A stretch of 64,000 bases of DNA, taken from positions 40,114,001 to 40,178,000 of the forward strand of contig JAGIQG010000010.1 in assembly GCA_024679065.1 (NCBI GenBank). Direction: 5' to 3'. Each line of letters starts with the position of its first letter. Position 1 is the stretch's first letter. The position numbers and the translations under genes were made by a program. Below the pieces are notes generated by a model, which was not told the DNA's origin, did no database searches, and was given only the letters and a program-made list of their open reading frames with translations. Below are positions 1 to 12,141 of this stretch, one piece after another. The DNA is from Sphyrna mokarran. Lineage: Eukaryota.

Positions 1-830
1 GGGATCGGGCAGGCAGAAGTCTGCTGCATCCCAGGAAACAGCTTGTTCCCCCAGCCAAATGCTGGACCACTGGAAACAGTTCTCCCAAAGCTGCTGAAGA
101 TGTAGAGGCCAACATATGTAGAGGCAGAGCCAGGAACTACAGGAGGGGCTATCAGCATTCTGACAACCGTAAGACCACTTGGAATCCCACAGCCTCGGGT
201 GCAGGCATTATATGGTATTCAAGCCAAGGACGATGATTCCACTGGGAAGCTTGGGACAGTAATTTTAGCCATGTATGGCAGGGTCCACGGCATGGCTAAG
301 TCTCTGAGGACCATGGCTGAGGGGTTCAAGGAACATGAGCCAACACAGAGAACCATGGATGCAAGCTTCCAGACAATGACCCAATTGCAGAGGGCAATTG
401 CAGAAGGGCTCCAGAACTTGGTCCAGATCTATTGTTGAATGCTGGCACACTATGATGCAGATGATGTTGAACTACCAGGACTGGCAGTGTCAGGTGATGC
501 AGATACTTCTAGAGCTCACTCTCGCTGTCCTTCCTCCCATGGAGTGTCTCAGGGGTCTACAAGCACCCTGAGGAAGGAGGAAATGCTGGAGGCCATCCCA
601 GGAAGAGTGGTGGGTGGGTGGGATTGGAAGTTCTTCTCAAGGATGGTGGTTAGGGGTGTGTGTGTGTGTGTATGTATTGGGGGACAGGGGACAGGAGGGA
701 TGGAGGTTGGTTGCTGGTGAAGCTTCCTAATCTGATAGCACTGAGGGTCTTCTTCCTGGTCCTCCTGGCATGCTGGACCCTTGCCGTCCTCAGTGATACC
801 TCCAAGCGCTAGTCAAGTACTGATTAATGA
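1..830. mobile_element. Possible decayed PIF/Harbinger element: 3' part of a Myb-partner-like gene (+) converging on a transposase C-terminus (-)
   Basis: The minus strand of ~720-780 reads QHARRTRKKTLSAIRL, resembling the R..R..LI..RF end of HARBI1-type transposases. Plus-strand ORFs 199-438 and 439-720 are low-complexity helical sequence like Myb-partner tails. Weak inference. Confidence 0.35.
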
Positions 831-845
831 CCTGAGTGAGGAATG

Positions 846-940
846 GGGAGGTGGGGGGTTGGCGGGGGTGGAAGGGGGAGTGGGGGGGGGGGGGGGGGGG
901 GCGGTGCAGTGAGGGGTGGAGTGACGGGATGGAGGTGGAG
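846..940 (+). repeat. G-rich tract including a poly-G run (G-quadruplex-prone)
   Basis: Multiple G4-G6 runs and a ~20-nt pure G run at 883-901. Confidence 0.85.
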
Positions 941-1070
941 GACCGGACATGTTAATAAGGAGGAATTTGCAGTGTTGACAAGATTGGCTGATTGATTGCT
1001 GATCCCAGGAGGCACCCCCTGTTGGGCTTATCCTTCACCTAAAATCAGATTATCTTTTTGCCTTTTGATC

Positions 1071-1217
1071 TTTCTTTCCAGCCTAGCTATGACTGTAACA
1101 CTACATTTTCCTTTCCTTTTCTGTGAACAGTATGCTTTGTCTGTATAGATTGCAAGAAACAATACTTTTCGCTGTCTACAAATACATGTGACAACAATAA
1201 ATCAAATCAAATCAAAT
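1071..1217 (+). mobile_element. Rex1/Babar-type LINE, 3' tail only
   Basis: Ends tgtgacaacaataaa(tcaaa)3. Reverse complement of the 3' ends of the RT-bearing copies at 18699 and 38199. Confidence 0.75.
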
Positions 1218-1229
1218 TTGTCATACTCT

Positions 1230-1345
1230 GCTTGGTTACCTATATTATAAAAGTGACTGTGCTTAGAAAATATTTCATTGACTGTAAAGCACAGTTAGAC
1301 ATCCTGAGACAGTGGAAGGAGAGATAAAGCAAATTTTTCCTTTCT
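1230..1345 (+). mobile_element. Old DeuSINE/AmnSINE-like 3' tail
   Basis: cctatattataaaagtgactgtgcttagaaaatatttcattgactgtaaagc...catcctgag resembles the DeuSINE tail. Related minus-strand copies at 35130 and 59745. Confidence 0.5.
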
Positions 1346-1380
1346 CTGATTTTGTATCCAACTTGCTGAAATTACACAGT

Positions 1381-1497
1381 GGTGGGATTTTTTGACCTTG
1401 ACATTAAGGGCATCTTTGCCGGCCATCAATGGCTCTCCAAATTTTCCCATTATGTCCACAATAATGCCCACTGGTGGTGAGGCTGGAAAATCCTGAC
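1381..1497. mobile_element. ~120-bp MITE (ggg[t/c]gggattttcc...ggaaaatcc[c/t]gccc family)
   Basis: Degenerate terminal inverted repeats (TIRs) ggtgggatttt / ggaaaatcctgac. Confidence 0.5.
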
Positions 1498-1579
1498 ATC
1501 GGTCTTTGGATCAGTTTTGCTGAGACAGGTTCGGATGGAAAATTGAGTTCAAGGAGGTGCAAGGTCATTTAAAAATAGA

Positions 1580-2667
1580 GGGGGCGATTCTGCAAAAACA
1601 GTGCAGTGGGCCGGGGGCCTCGAGCAGAGGCTGCTTAACAGGCTTCCCACTGAACACCATGGTATCGGCGAGTCTCCGGCAGCTAGATTTCCGGTGCCAT
1701 CAACTCCGTGTCAGAAATTGACACTGAGCTGCATAAATTATTTAAACAAACATTTAAATACAATTTAAATATTAGTGGGCTGAAATCTCCGGGCCCACTT
1801 GGATCCCCCCATCACTGCCAGGTGTATTTGACTCCAGTAGGGTTGACAATAACTCTCCACTTGCTGGTGGCCCGATTTCACTAGAGTGATGGGGGCCATC
1901 AAAGCCCCCAAAGGGTTGGGGTCTGGGAGGGGATGCCCTTTGTGCATTGCCACCTTGGCACTGCCCAAGGAGTAAAGTGGCAATGCCCCTGCGACACCTT
2001 GGCTCTGCCCACCAGGTACTGTGCAGTGCCAAGGGCGTGGGACCTAAGTGGATGGCGCTTCAGTGGAGATCAGCAGGGGTGAGGGGGGTCCTGCGATCAT
2101 TCTGCATTTGGGCTAAGTGACAGAGGGAGGGAGACCGGTGTTCGGGGCTGGGCATCGGTGTGGGAGGTAGTGTAGACCCGCTGGGGAGTTCGGGCTATGG
2201 GGACGGTGTGGCGCGGAGGGAGTTGAGATTGCACGGGGGCATGACTGGGACTTTGGGGGGGGGGGGGGGTTGGAGATTGAGGTGGGCCAGGGGTTGGGGT
2301 GGGGCTGACCTGGACATATCTGGGGGGGCCAGCAATTAGGCCATGGCGGGAGTCAGAGGGACAGTGATGCAGAGATAACATAGCTGGCATTGAACTGGAC
2401 AATAATCAGGAGGCCAGCAGTGTGGGGTCACTGCGCATGCACCGATCTCAGTGCTGACAGATCAGTGCATGTGCAGTGGTCCCTCAGTGCTATGCTGCTG
2501 GGGTCTCCAGCAGGAACAGAACCCCTGGCACTGATTTTTTTTACCAGATTTATGGTAGTGCATAGAGTTTGGAAAATTCATTTTGAAAATCATGCTGAGA
2601 AAAAGCGGAATTTGCTCCAGGTTTTATGCAAATTCGATACTTGGAATTCTTTTGGGACAATCACCTT
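1580..2667 (-). mobile_element. ~1-kb GC-rich non-autonomous DNA transposon (family A, probably Harbinger-dependent)
   Basis: TIR-like ends ggggcgattctgcaaaa / ttttgggacaatcacc and an internal hairpin at 2429-2478. Homologous to 9178, 14537, 17059 and 36280. Confidence 0.7.
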
Positions 2668-3189
2668 CTAATCTTTTTAAAATATTTCTCACAAATTTAG
2701 TTTGCTATCATTTATTACCACTTTCTGTCATGCTTTGGAAAAATCAAGCTGCATTTTTGCAATTCTCTAAGTTAAAGTTTATTAATCACAAGTGGATTTA
2801 CATTAACACTGCAATAGAGTTACTGTGACAATTCTTCATCAGCAAAGGCGTGGTCATGGACTTTTTTGTGTAATTTTTGACATGGTTATGGCAAAATTAC
2901 TTACAATTTCAAATTATGTTTTTCTGCTGAAGTACATTCCATGAGAGGCTTTTGTAGCTATACTGGCATCCTCCCTTCCTTATACACTGGAACATGAAAA
3001 GCTGCTATTTTCTTAGTAACTAAATAGTGTAGTGGTTGGATCTGAATTTCCCCATTGATGCTGCAATGCATTGTTAAAAATTCACCAGGGAGTCCTAGTT
3101 TATGAAGGAATTTGTGAAAGCCCTTTTTCTTTTAAATTACACAATGATCCTGATTTTAATACAGAGAGGGAGAGGGTGCAGAAGGGAAC

Positions 3190-4626
3190 AGATTCTAGCT
3201 GCAGATATAATGGACTCATTGGTTGTAATTTTCCAAAAATCCCTGGATTCTGGGGAAGTACCAGAGGATCGGAAAAGTGTCAGTGTGACATCCAAATTCA
3301 AAAATGCAGGCAGGCAAAAAGTAGGTAATTATAGGCTGATTAGCCTAACATTTTCTGTATGTCAGAATCAATTATTAAGGAAATAATAGCAGCACATTTG
3401 GAAAATCATAATCTAATCAAACAGAGCCAGCATGGCTTCATGAAATGGAAACTTTGTCTGATTAATTTATTAGAATTTTTCAAGGAAGTCTGAGCCCAAA
3501 TGGATAGAGGGAAACTAGTAAATGTGTTGTATTTGGACTTTCAGACGATGTTTGAAAAGGTATCTCACATAAGATAAGAGCCCATAGTATTGGATATAGC
3601 AAAATGGCACTGATAAAGAATTGACTAATGGACAGGAAACAGCAAATGGGAAAAAGGGATTCTTTTTTAAGTATAACCAGTGGGGTTCCACATGGATCAG
3701 TGCTGGGACCACAACCATTTACAATATATATTAATTCATCACTTGGAGTAAGGAAGCAAATATTGTAGATAACCAAATGTAGGTGGAAAGGCAAGTTGTG
3801 AAAGTGATACAAACACTTCACAAAGAGGTATTGATAGGTTAAATAAGTGGGCAAAAAGTTGGCAAATGAAGTTTAATATGGGACAATATGAAGTTGTTCC
3901 TTCTGGAAGGGAGACCAAAAGGTATTATTTAAATGGAGAAAAACTTTAGAAAGCTGCAACATGAAGGGGCTTGGGGATACTTGTACATGAAACACAAAAA
4001 ACTAGTCTACAGCTGCAGCAGGTAATTAGGAAGTCTAAAGGAAGTTGGAGTACAAGAGTAGGGATGTCTTGCTGTAAATGTACAAGGTACTGGAGTACTG
4101 CGAGCAGTTTTGATCCTCTTATTTAAGACGAAATATTATTTCATTGGAGGCAGTTCAGAGAAGGTTCACAAGTCTGACTCCTGGTATGATGGGATTGTCT
4201 TGACGAAAGGTTAAACAGATTGGGACTCCACCCATTGAAACTTAGAAGAATGAGAGGTGACCTCATTGAAACATACAGGATTGTTAAATGGCTTGATATG
4301 GTAAATGCTGAGAGGATGTTGCTCCTCATGGGAGAGTCTAGGATTAGAGGGTCCAGTCTCAGAAGAATGGGGTTCTAATTTAAGACTGGGATGAGAAGGA
4401 ATTTCTTCTCTCAGAGAGTTGCCACAGAGAGCTGTGGGGGTGGCTACTCCTTGTGTATATTTAAGACTAAGGCAGATTTTTGATCAGTAAGGGAATCAAA
4501 GGTTATGGGGAAAGGGCAGGAAAGTGGATGTGAGGAATGTCAGATCAACCATGATTCTATTGAATGGTGAAGCAGGATCAAGGATTCAAGTGACCTATTC
4601 CTAACCTATTTCTTATGGTCTTATGG
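3190..4626 (+). mobile_element. Decayed CR1 LINE (RT region plus 3' UTR)
   Basis: Translates to IFQKSLDSGEVPEDRK...NYRLISLT, QHGFMK and GVPHGSVLGP, with many stops. Ends in a (tcttatgg) tandem tail. Confidence 0.9.
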
Positions 4627-4757
4627 TGTGAACAGATTCTGTACTGGGTTCACAATTGGATGAACTGAGAGGTTAAAGTCCAGCTGATACTAACACTTGG
4701 GCCTTTATTTCCATTTATTTTCTTCACTCTTGCCTAAAACAGACCAACTCCACAAAC

Positions 4758-5050
4758 TAGAATCCTACAGTGCAGAAAGAGGCCATTTGGCCCATCGAGG
4801 CTGCACTGATCACAGTCCCATCCAGCTCTATCCCTGTGATCCCATTCATTTACCCAGCTAGTCCCCCTGACACTAAGGGGAATTTAGTGTCACCATCCAC
4901 TTAACCAGTACTTCTTTGCACTGTGAGAAGAATCTGGAGCACCTGGAGGACACAGCAAGACTGTGCAAACTACACAGACAGTGACCCAAGTTGGGAATTG
5001 AACCTAGGTTCCTGGCATTGTGAGGCAGAGGTGCTAACCACTGTGCCGCC
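4758..5050 (-). mobile_element. HE1/V-SINE (tRNA-derived), CR1-type tail
   Basis: Minus strand starts ggcggcacagtggttagcac and has B-box ggttcaattcc plus the V-core. Tail gcactgtaggattcta. Confidence 0.9.
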
Positions 5051-6919
5051 TGGTATGCAGAAGTAGAAGTAAAGATAGGGGGTTGGATTTAATCAGCTCG
5101 ATGGGGACATTGTCTGCTGATGGCAGTAGGAAGGTAATAAGGCCCCCACCAACCTCTCACATGATTAAATGACCCCTCACCCTGGCAATAAATTTGCCAT
5201 GTGGGACGGCATTAAATCCCACCCTGGATAGAGCTTGGGAATCATCTTTAGTTGACAGGTAAATGGTAAGGGGCAAGCCCTGGACATGAGCATGAGTGAA
5301 ACTTAGGTTGATCTGATGGGAAAGTGATCACTGAACTCAGGCCTCAGTTACCATGGATTCTGCAGCAGCCTTCCTGCAAATGTTGTGTTTGCCTCACAAA
5401 AACAAGTTAACAATGGGCTAGAGGAGGAAGGCAGAAGGATCTAGTGCACTAAGCTGCTACTCTTATTCCTAGCCTGCTCAACTCCTACCAGTTTTAACTC
5501 CCAGAAGGGGGTTAAAATCAGGACCTAAGTTCATTTTTAATAATTCAAATTGATCCCAATGAGAGTAATCATAACTATTCTGTGATCAACGGTTTGTTCC
5601 TTTATGAAACTCATCTCATCTCCCAGAATGATTTTTGTCATGCCTATCTGTTCCACCGAATCATATATTTTCTGTACGTAGTTATGTTTGAAGCTGTATA
5701 GTAAGTAGAAAGGTAACTTGGTCAAACCAGTCAATACATCTCCTCATCTTGCTTCACCTGTCAGTAGCTGGAAGGGAATGAAGGCTGAGTTTAATTCTTT
5801 TTCTACTTTTCTAGTGGCTATGTGTCTCTTCATTCAATCTTGTTGGCAGCCTGATAGCTGAGCATCCATCAGATCTCCTTGCTGAAGTAATGAGTTTATG
5901 TCTATCTCATCTCCCCGGTGGTCTAGTGGTTGTACATCAGGGTGGGAAAATTACACTTGCCAGCGGTAGCCTTGGTGAAGCGAAAATCAAAGCAACTCAT
6001 CTGATTGCACAGAACATCACTCTCTTTATCTCCCCATCTCAATCTTTCATTGACTCTTTCTCTGCTTTCTTACTATTCCTGATTCTTTGTGGCCGATTGC
6101 GATTCTTGCTTTCCACTCTGATTCACTTCTTATCTGTGGGGAGAAAAAGCAATAAGCATTTGGTTCTGTTTCAGGATTTATTCCTGCTGGTTCATCTGAA
6201 CAAAATAAACTATGTCGGTCTGAGAGATGAATTGGCTAAGGTAGATTGGGAAACTAGATTAAAAGATATAATGGTAAATAAGCAATGGAAAATATTTGAA
6301 GAACTTACTCATAACAGATAACTAAAGAATAAATAAAACCCACAGGAAATGAGGTCCAACCATGGCAAACAAGGGAAGTTAAAGATAGCATTAGATTCAA
6401 AGAAGAAGCATATATTGTTGCCGAAAAGAGTAAGAGCATTGGGAGGATTTTTGAAGTCAGCAAAAGAGAACTAAAAAATTGATAAGGAAATGGAAAGTAG
6501 AATCAAAGAGCAAACCAGCAAGAAGTATAAAAAGATAGTAAACATTCTGTTAGGTATGTAGATGAAAGAAATTAATGAAAAGAAACATGGGCTCATTGGA
6601 AACAGAGATGGGAGAAAATATAATGAGAAATAAGGAAATAACATCAATTTCTTTCTTGCTCTTCCTTATAGAAAACAAAAAAAGCATTCAAAAATACCAT
6701 AGGATCAATGCATTTGTCAACCTTTGAAGGCACAAAAGCCTTTCCAACAATGGGACAATGGTTGTCAATGAACAAGTTGAGCATTAAAGTGAGCCTGCAG
6801 CATAGGGTGTGAATAGCTGCCATTCTGAAATGTCATTAGCATCCAATACAAATGATCATGTCTTAAACACCCATACATTTTTGCAACACAGCCCATATCA
6901 CCTGCTTGATCCTCTGTCT

Positions 6920-7076
6920 TTGTGAATAAGTTTGTGTTTATATATGCCCCAATTGTGAACACAACTTTTCACTCACCTGAAGAAGGAGTGATAGTCCGAA
7001 AGCTTGTACTACCAAATAAATTTGTTGGACTTTAACTTGGCATTGTGAGGCCTCTTACTGATCCCTACTGTCCAGT
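6920..7076 (+). mobile_element. Penelope-like pLTR fragment with minimal hammerhead motif
   Basis: cac-CTGAAGA-aggagtgatagtcc-GAAA-gctt-gta at 6974-7008, then caaataaa...gttggactttaac, shared with 17249, 42605 and 57292. Confidence 0.75.
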
Positions 7077-7342
7077 TATAAGGCAAGTAGAATATGTATT
7101 TATTGTGTGAAAAATTGAAACTGACTATTCACTTGAATATTGCGTGACATGGCTAAAAAGTGGGTCAACTTATATACTGATTATGATTTTTTGGGAAATG
7201 GAGTTGTCTTCTTTGCCAAGTCAGTTTATATGCCAAGATTTCAGGTAGTGGGGAATCAATAATTTAGTGAGAAAGAGAAACTTACAGAAATCAGTCCTGG
7301 TTAAGAAATAGTGCTGGAGTTCTCTATGAGATTAAAAGGCAA

Positions 7343-7480
7343 CATTGTCTCAAACTTGTTTTTTAATCCATAGATCTATAAACATGGACAGGGATTGCGG
7401 GTAGAGGTGGGAACATCGGGCTGGCGGCGCGTGCTCGATGGGCCGAAGGACCTGTTTCCCGTGCTGTTTTGTTCTTTGTT
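7343..7480 (+). mobile_element. 5'-truncated SINE, third tail type
   Basis: Reverse complement of 55898-56040. Ends gtgctgttttgttctttgtt. Confidence 0.8.
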
Positions 7481-7913
7481 AATCCTCCAGGACTGACAGC
7501 CTTCATCCTAGCATTGTAAAAGTGATGATTACAGAAATAATAGTTTAGATTTTCCAGAATTCCCTTGCCCCTGGATGTTTATCCAAGGACTGAATGCAGC
7601 AAATTTAACTCTGCTGATGAAGAAAGGAGAGGGTGATGAAACTGGATATGGCCAGTTAACCTGACATTGATGATAAGGAAATGCTAGAATCCACTATTAG
7701 GGATGTGGGAATAGAGCACTTGGAATATCAAAACATGACAGGACATAGTTAAGATGGATTTATTCAAGAGAAATCATGTTTGACAAACCTGTTGGCATTC
7801 TTTGAAAGTATAAGTCATGCATGTAGTTTATTTATTTTTATTTTGAAAATTCTTGGTGAGGTGTCACACTGAAAGTTATGACATAACATTAGGGCTCATT
7901 GAATGAAGACAAT

Positions 7914-8035
7914 GGATGGGATTTTCTGGCCACACTTATCCCAAAACTGGGAAACCTTGGGGTCAATGGATCTTTGCATGGTCCTGAACCATCAGTTATG
8001 ATTCCAATGACAGATGGGACAGAAAAACTCTGCCC
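7914..8035. mobile_element. ~120-bp MITE
   Basis: ggatgggattttct...agaaaaactctgccc, with flanks aat/tat. Internal similarity to 18305 and 56541. Confidence 0.7.
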
Positions 8036-8070
8036 TATTTGTTGACATAGATCGAGATTTAATTAGCAAC

Positions 8071-8413
8071 TAGAATCATAGAATCCTACAGTGCAGAAAA
8101 GGCCCTTCAATCCATTGAGTCTGCACTGACTACAATCCCACGCATGTCCTACCCCAATATCCCGACATGTTTTACCCAATAATCCCTATAACCCTAAGCA
8201 TCCTAGTACACGAAGGGGCAATTTTAGCGTGGTCAATCAACCTAATCCGCACGTCTTTGGACTTTGGGAGGAAACCAGAGCACCTGGAGGAAACCCATGC
8301 AGACACAAGGAGAATGTGCAAACTCCACACAGACAGTGACCCAAGCTGGGAATTGAACCCAGGACCCTGGAGCTGTGAAGCAGCAGTGCTAACCACTGTG
8401 CTACTGTGCCGCC
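8071..8413 (-). mobile_element. Full-length HE1/V-SINE, CR1-type tail
   Basis: Minus strand: ggcggcacagtagcacagtggttagcactgctgc, B-box ggttcaattcc, V-core, tail ggattctatgattcta. Confidence 0.93.
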
Positions 8414-8495
8414 AAAACCAGAAAACACATTGGGAATAAACAAGTCAATTACAGGTTAACAAGCTGTAACTAATGAGGAAAATCATGGATCAGTG

Positions 8496-8673
8496 ATAAT
8501 GAAAACAGAAAATGCTGAAAAACTCAGCAGGTTTGGCTGAATATCGGATAAAGAGTTGTATCAGGCTTTAGCATTGTTTCTCTCTCCACAGGGGCTGTCA
8601 GACCTGCCAAGTTTTTCCAGCATTCTCTATTTTTACTTCCAATTTTCAGCATCCACAGTATTGTCGTTTTATT
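8496..8673 (+). mobile_element. Short fold-back Penelope-like insertion (second pLTR family)
   Basis: Inverted arms aaaacagaaaatgctgaaaaactcagcaggtttgg / cagacctgccaagtttttccagcattctctattttt. Flanked by a 14-bp imperfect TSD, atcatggatcagtg (8482) / atcatggaccaatg (8674). Confidence 0.7.
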
Positions 8674-9177
8674 ATCATGGACCAATGCTTGGCTGTCAGC
8701 TATTTATAATCTTTATTAATGACTTAAGCCCTAGCGTCATATATCCAAGTTTGCTGTTGATATATCAAGTGGAAAAACAAGCACTGAGTGGAATGCAAAG
8801 CGGATGTAAAATGATTTAGCCAGGTTAAATGAGTGAGTAAGAACATGACAGATGGAATATAATGTGGGCAAATGTGAATTTATCCATTTTTATGAGAAAA
8901 ATAGAGAACTGGGATCTTTTCAAAGGGAGACAAGTTAAGATATATTGATATTCAGAGGGATCTGGGATTATGAATACACAAATCATAGAAAATTAACATG
9001 CAGGAAGGAATTAAGAAAGCAAATAATTTGTCAAGTTTAATTACAAAGGGAAGAATGTATAAGATTAAAAAAGAATAATACAGGCTTTGGTGAGATGATA
9101 GCTGGAGTTAAAGGATAAGCGACAGAATGGATTGTTAGCTGGACAGGAAACAAAAGGATCGGAGTGGGGGGTTGGGG

Positions 9178-10292
9178 GCGGTAGCCATTCTCTCAAAAGA
9201 GCTGAATTGGTGGGAAAACTGTTCTAAATCCTGATTACTCTGACAGTTCAGCTTCTCACCTGAACCTCCGCACTCTGTGCATTGAAGAAGTCTCAGTCAT
9301 GAATATCATTAAAAACCCAGGAGGGTAGGCCTATTTGCACCAGAGTTTCACAGTTCTGGAGTTCTGTGCATGCACAGTGGCACCAAACTGTCACTTCCCC
9401 CTCCTCTGTTTTCTGGCCAGCTCAAATGCTGACCGTCCTGGAGCCCTGCAGTGCTGCCCTTCCAGACCCCCCTGCCTCCTCCCTACCCGACAGCCTGATC
9501 ATGGCTCCTACGACAACTCTCGGGACAGCCCTGTCTCCCTTCTCAGCCTGGAAGCCCACCACCCAATAATGGCAATCTCTCCACCCACCCTCCCACTCAC
9601 CTCAGCAGATCCCCCCTCCCCCCACTGCTGATGACTCTCCCCCAGGGTCAGACCAACCCACCTGGAGGCTGGCACCTCCTAGCAGACCAACCCCCCAGCC
9701 CGTCGCAATCGCTGCCCTTCCTCCATTTGAGATCAATCCCAATGCAGAGTGGCAGCAGGAACCCCCCCATCCCCACCAATCACACCTGAGTCCTGCCGAT
9801 AATGGGCCCTGCCCTCTTGGCACTGCCCATTGTACCTTGGGCACAGGCACTTTGCCCCTTGGGCAGTATCAGGGGCACAGACTGGCACTGCCAGGGTAAC
9901 CATGCCCAGGGAGCACCACCCTCCCACTGATGGATCTGCCTGGGGGGCCCTGATTGTGCTCCCCCCCGCCCTTTAATTCTGGTGGGGTCTCCTGCTAATT
10001 TCCCAAATGTTGGAAACTAGTCTGAATGCTGCTGGAATGAAGGGCTCCTGGCTGGGTGGGAAATTCAATCGGGACCTGAAAGGTTCCAAAAATGAACATG
10101 TATACATTTTAAAATACATGCAGAAAAGATCTAAATTACTTACCTGCCTTCCCGCTGATTTTCAGTGTGGTCTGACCAGCGATTGTTCGCCACATCTGGG
10201 AGATGTGCAAATCCCTGCTCAAGACCATAGACACGTGTCTCTCACCGCAACCCAACAGAAAAGATGTGGGCCGCAATGGGAGAATCACAGCC
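9178..10292 (+). mobile_element. Family A GC-rich non-autonomous DNA transposon
   Basis: Starts ccattctctcaaaagagctgaatt and ends gggagaatcacagcc. Homologous to 14537 and 17059. Confidence 0.7.
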
Positions 10293-10655
10293 AAAGAGTG
10301 GGAATGAAAGGAGTCTCTTCAAATTGGCACAAGTGAGAAATGGTGTTCCATAAAGATTAGGTCCTTATTTCTGAAGGGTTTGAAAAGTAGGAAATTTATG
10401 CGAAACGTGTTTCAAAGCTGTGTTACATGTAGTTCTAGTGTCTCACCTTATAAAAGATACAGAAGTGTTGGAGAAGAAGAGAAAATATGAGAAACGAATA
10501 GATATACATATCAGAAAAGGATTGATAGACAGCTTTCCTTTCTCTTGAGTAAGAAAGGCTGACAGGTGACCTAATAGAGGTTTTTAAAATTGTGAAAGGT
10601 TTTGATAGTGTGCATAAAGAGAGAATATTTCCTCTTGTGAGGAAGAGTATAAATA
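10293..10655 (+). mobile_element. CR1 3' region, interrupted by the Gypsy element and resuming at ~15325-15590
   Basis: aggctgacaggtgacctaatagaggtttttaaaattgtgaaagg (RLxGDLIEVFKI). Resumes tttacccaaagagtgg...gcatttaagggaaagatagac. Confidence 0.75.
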
Positions 10656-11744
10656 TTGGTGTTATATATTGTATTGTCTGTTAATATCTATAAGGAGCTA
10701 AGAACTAATTACGTGTAAGTGTCTTGGGGACACATTTCATAGCCGCATCAGAAATTGATGCAATTTGTAACAGGACCAATGCAAACTGTTCCCTCCATTG
10801 TACAAGGCAGAAAGGCAAGCTTAAAAACTTATAAGACTTCTGATCTTTCCAAGTTTAAACTGTGATTTTTACCAACATTTGGGAACTATAAGGCAACAAA
10901 AACACATTGAATAAGCCTAAATTATTTGAAAATAAGTTAGTGCTGATTTGGAAACATTAGTGCATGAAAGAAAAAGGAAACGTTCATCAGCAGAGGAATA
11001 AATATACAGCGCACAGTGAAATGGGAAGTTGATGGTGTTGTTAAGGCATTTTGGAAAGTTTAAACAAATGTGCAGACTGTTACAATAAAGTGCCCTAAAC
11101 ACTATCAGTGAACAGAGAGCCAGCTATATCTTTCTGCGAATGTGAAATAAAGAAATAAATTTATTTAACAGTTGGGAATTTACTGAAGAGGACAGCAAAG
11201 ACTCAAAGAAACCTTCTGAAAAAATCAACACATCTTTAAACAAAATTAAATAATCAGATCCACTGGTATGAACTTGTAACAAAATTGAAACATGTAGCTT
11301 GAAACTTAAATTTTTTCAGGCAAGGGATGAAAGGCTGATGGAATAACTAATTTGGGGTTCTGTTGAGTCTGAAGTACAGAAAGCACTAATTGGGAAGGGT
11401 GAACTCACAATATCGCAGGCTGTAGGCACTGCCAGAGCACACAAAACCACTATTTAGACACTGACTGCCCAAATGGTTCAACCCTTTGGTTCAGTGAAGA
11501 GAAAGGCAGCAAGGTTGATGTAGTGCAGTAGCAACAAACAAAATGTGCAGATGACCACATGGCTTCACAAGCGGATGGAAATGGAACCATCTGCAGAATT
11601 TGTGGAAAGGTCAATCACTGGGAAAAGTTAGGCACCAAAGCCAGTGCAACAAGGTGAATGGACAGGAAAAGAAACCAAAATGACCATACCCTAGAAGAAG
11701 ACCATGAATTGAAGAAAACAACAGACAAAGAAACTATTCTGTTG

Positions 11745-11880
11745 CATGATGAAGGGTCATTCAGACTTAAAATATTAATCCTATTCTCTCTCCACAGGTG
11801 CTGCCAGACCTGCTGAAATTTTCCAGAACTTTCTGTTTTTGTTTCAGATTCCTGAAACTACAGTGTTTTGCTTTTATGTA
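11745..11880 (+). mobile_element. Penelope-like pLTR fragment (second family), decayed hammerhead
   Basis: atgatgaagggtcattcagacttaaaatatt...ctctccacaggtgctgccagacctgctga. Confidence 0.65.
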
Positions 11881-11999
11881 TTGCAACCATTCCTAGACAG
11901 AAGAAATTTGCGTAGCCATTCAGATCAGAAGAGGAGAAAAAAAATGCATAACAATATCTGAAGATGAAGATTGAAACCAGAACACAGAGTAATAGCATC

Positions 12000-12141
12000 C
12001 CAATATGTGTAGGTTAGGGGGATTAGTAGAGTAAATATGTGGAGTTACGGGTATAGGTAAGGTGTTCAGTCCAAGTGTTGGTGCAGACACTATGGTACAA
12101 GTGGCTTCCATCTGCAGTGTAGGGATTCCATAGATTCCATA
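12000..12141 (+). mobile_element. 3' half of a HE1/V-SINE
   Basis: ggttagggggattagtagagtaaatatgtgg...ctgcagtgtagggattccatagattccata. Confidence 0.7.

Larger units (their letters stand above)
6190..9110 (+). mobile_element. Old fragmented CR1 ORF2 (linker plus RT) interrupted by several younger inserts
   Basis: LNKINYVGLRDELAKVDWE (6196-6255), PPG...HPS (7483), KSCLTNLLAFFE (7770), QLFIIFINDL (8698) and W.MEYNVGKC (8845). Inserts at 6920, 7343, 7914, 8071 and 8496. Confidence 0.8.

Noticed and set aside
8340-8413. tRNA gene (A/B boxes)
   Set aside because: It is the tRNA-derived head of a V-SINE, continuing into core and tail with no complete cloverleaf. The same applies to the other SINE heads.
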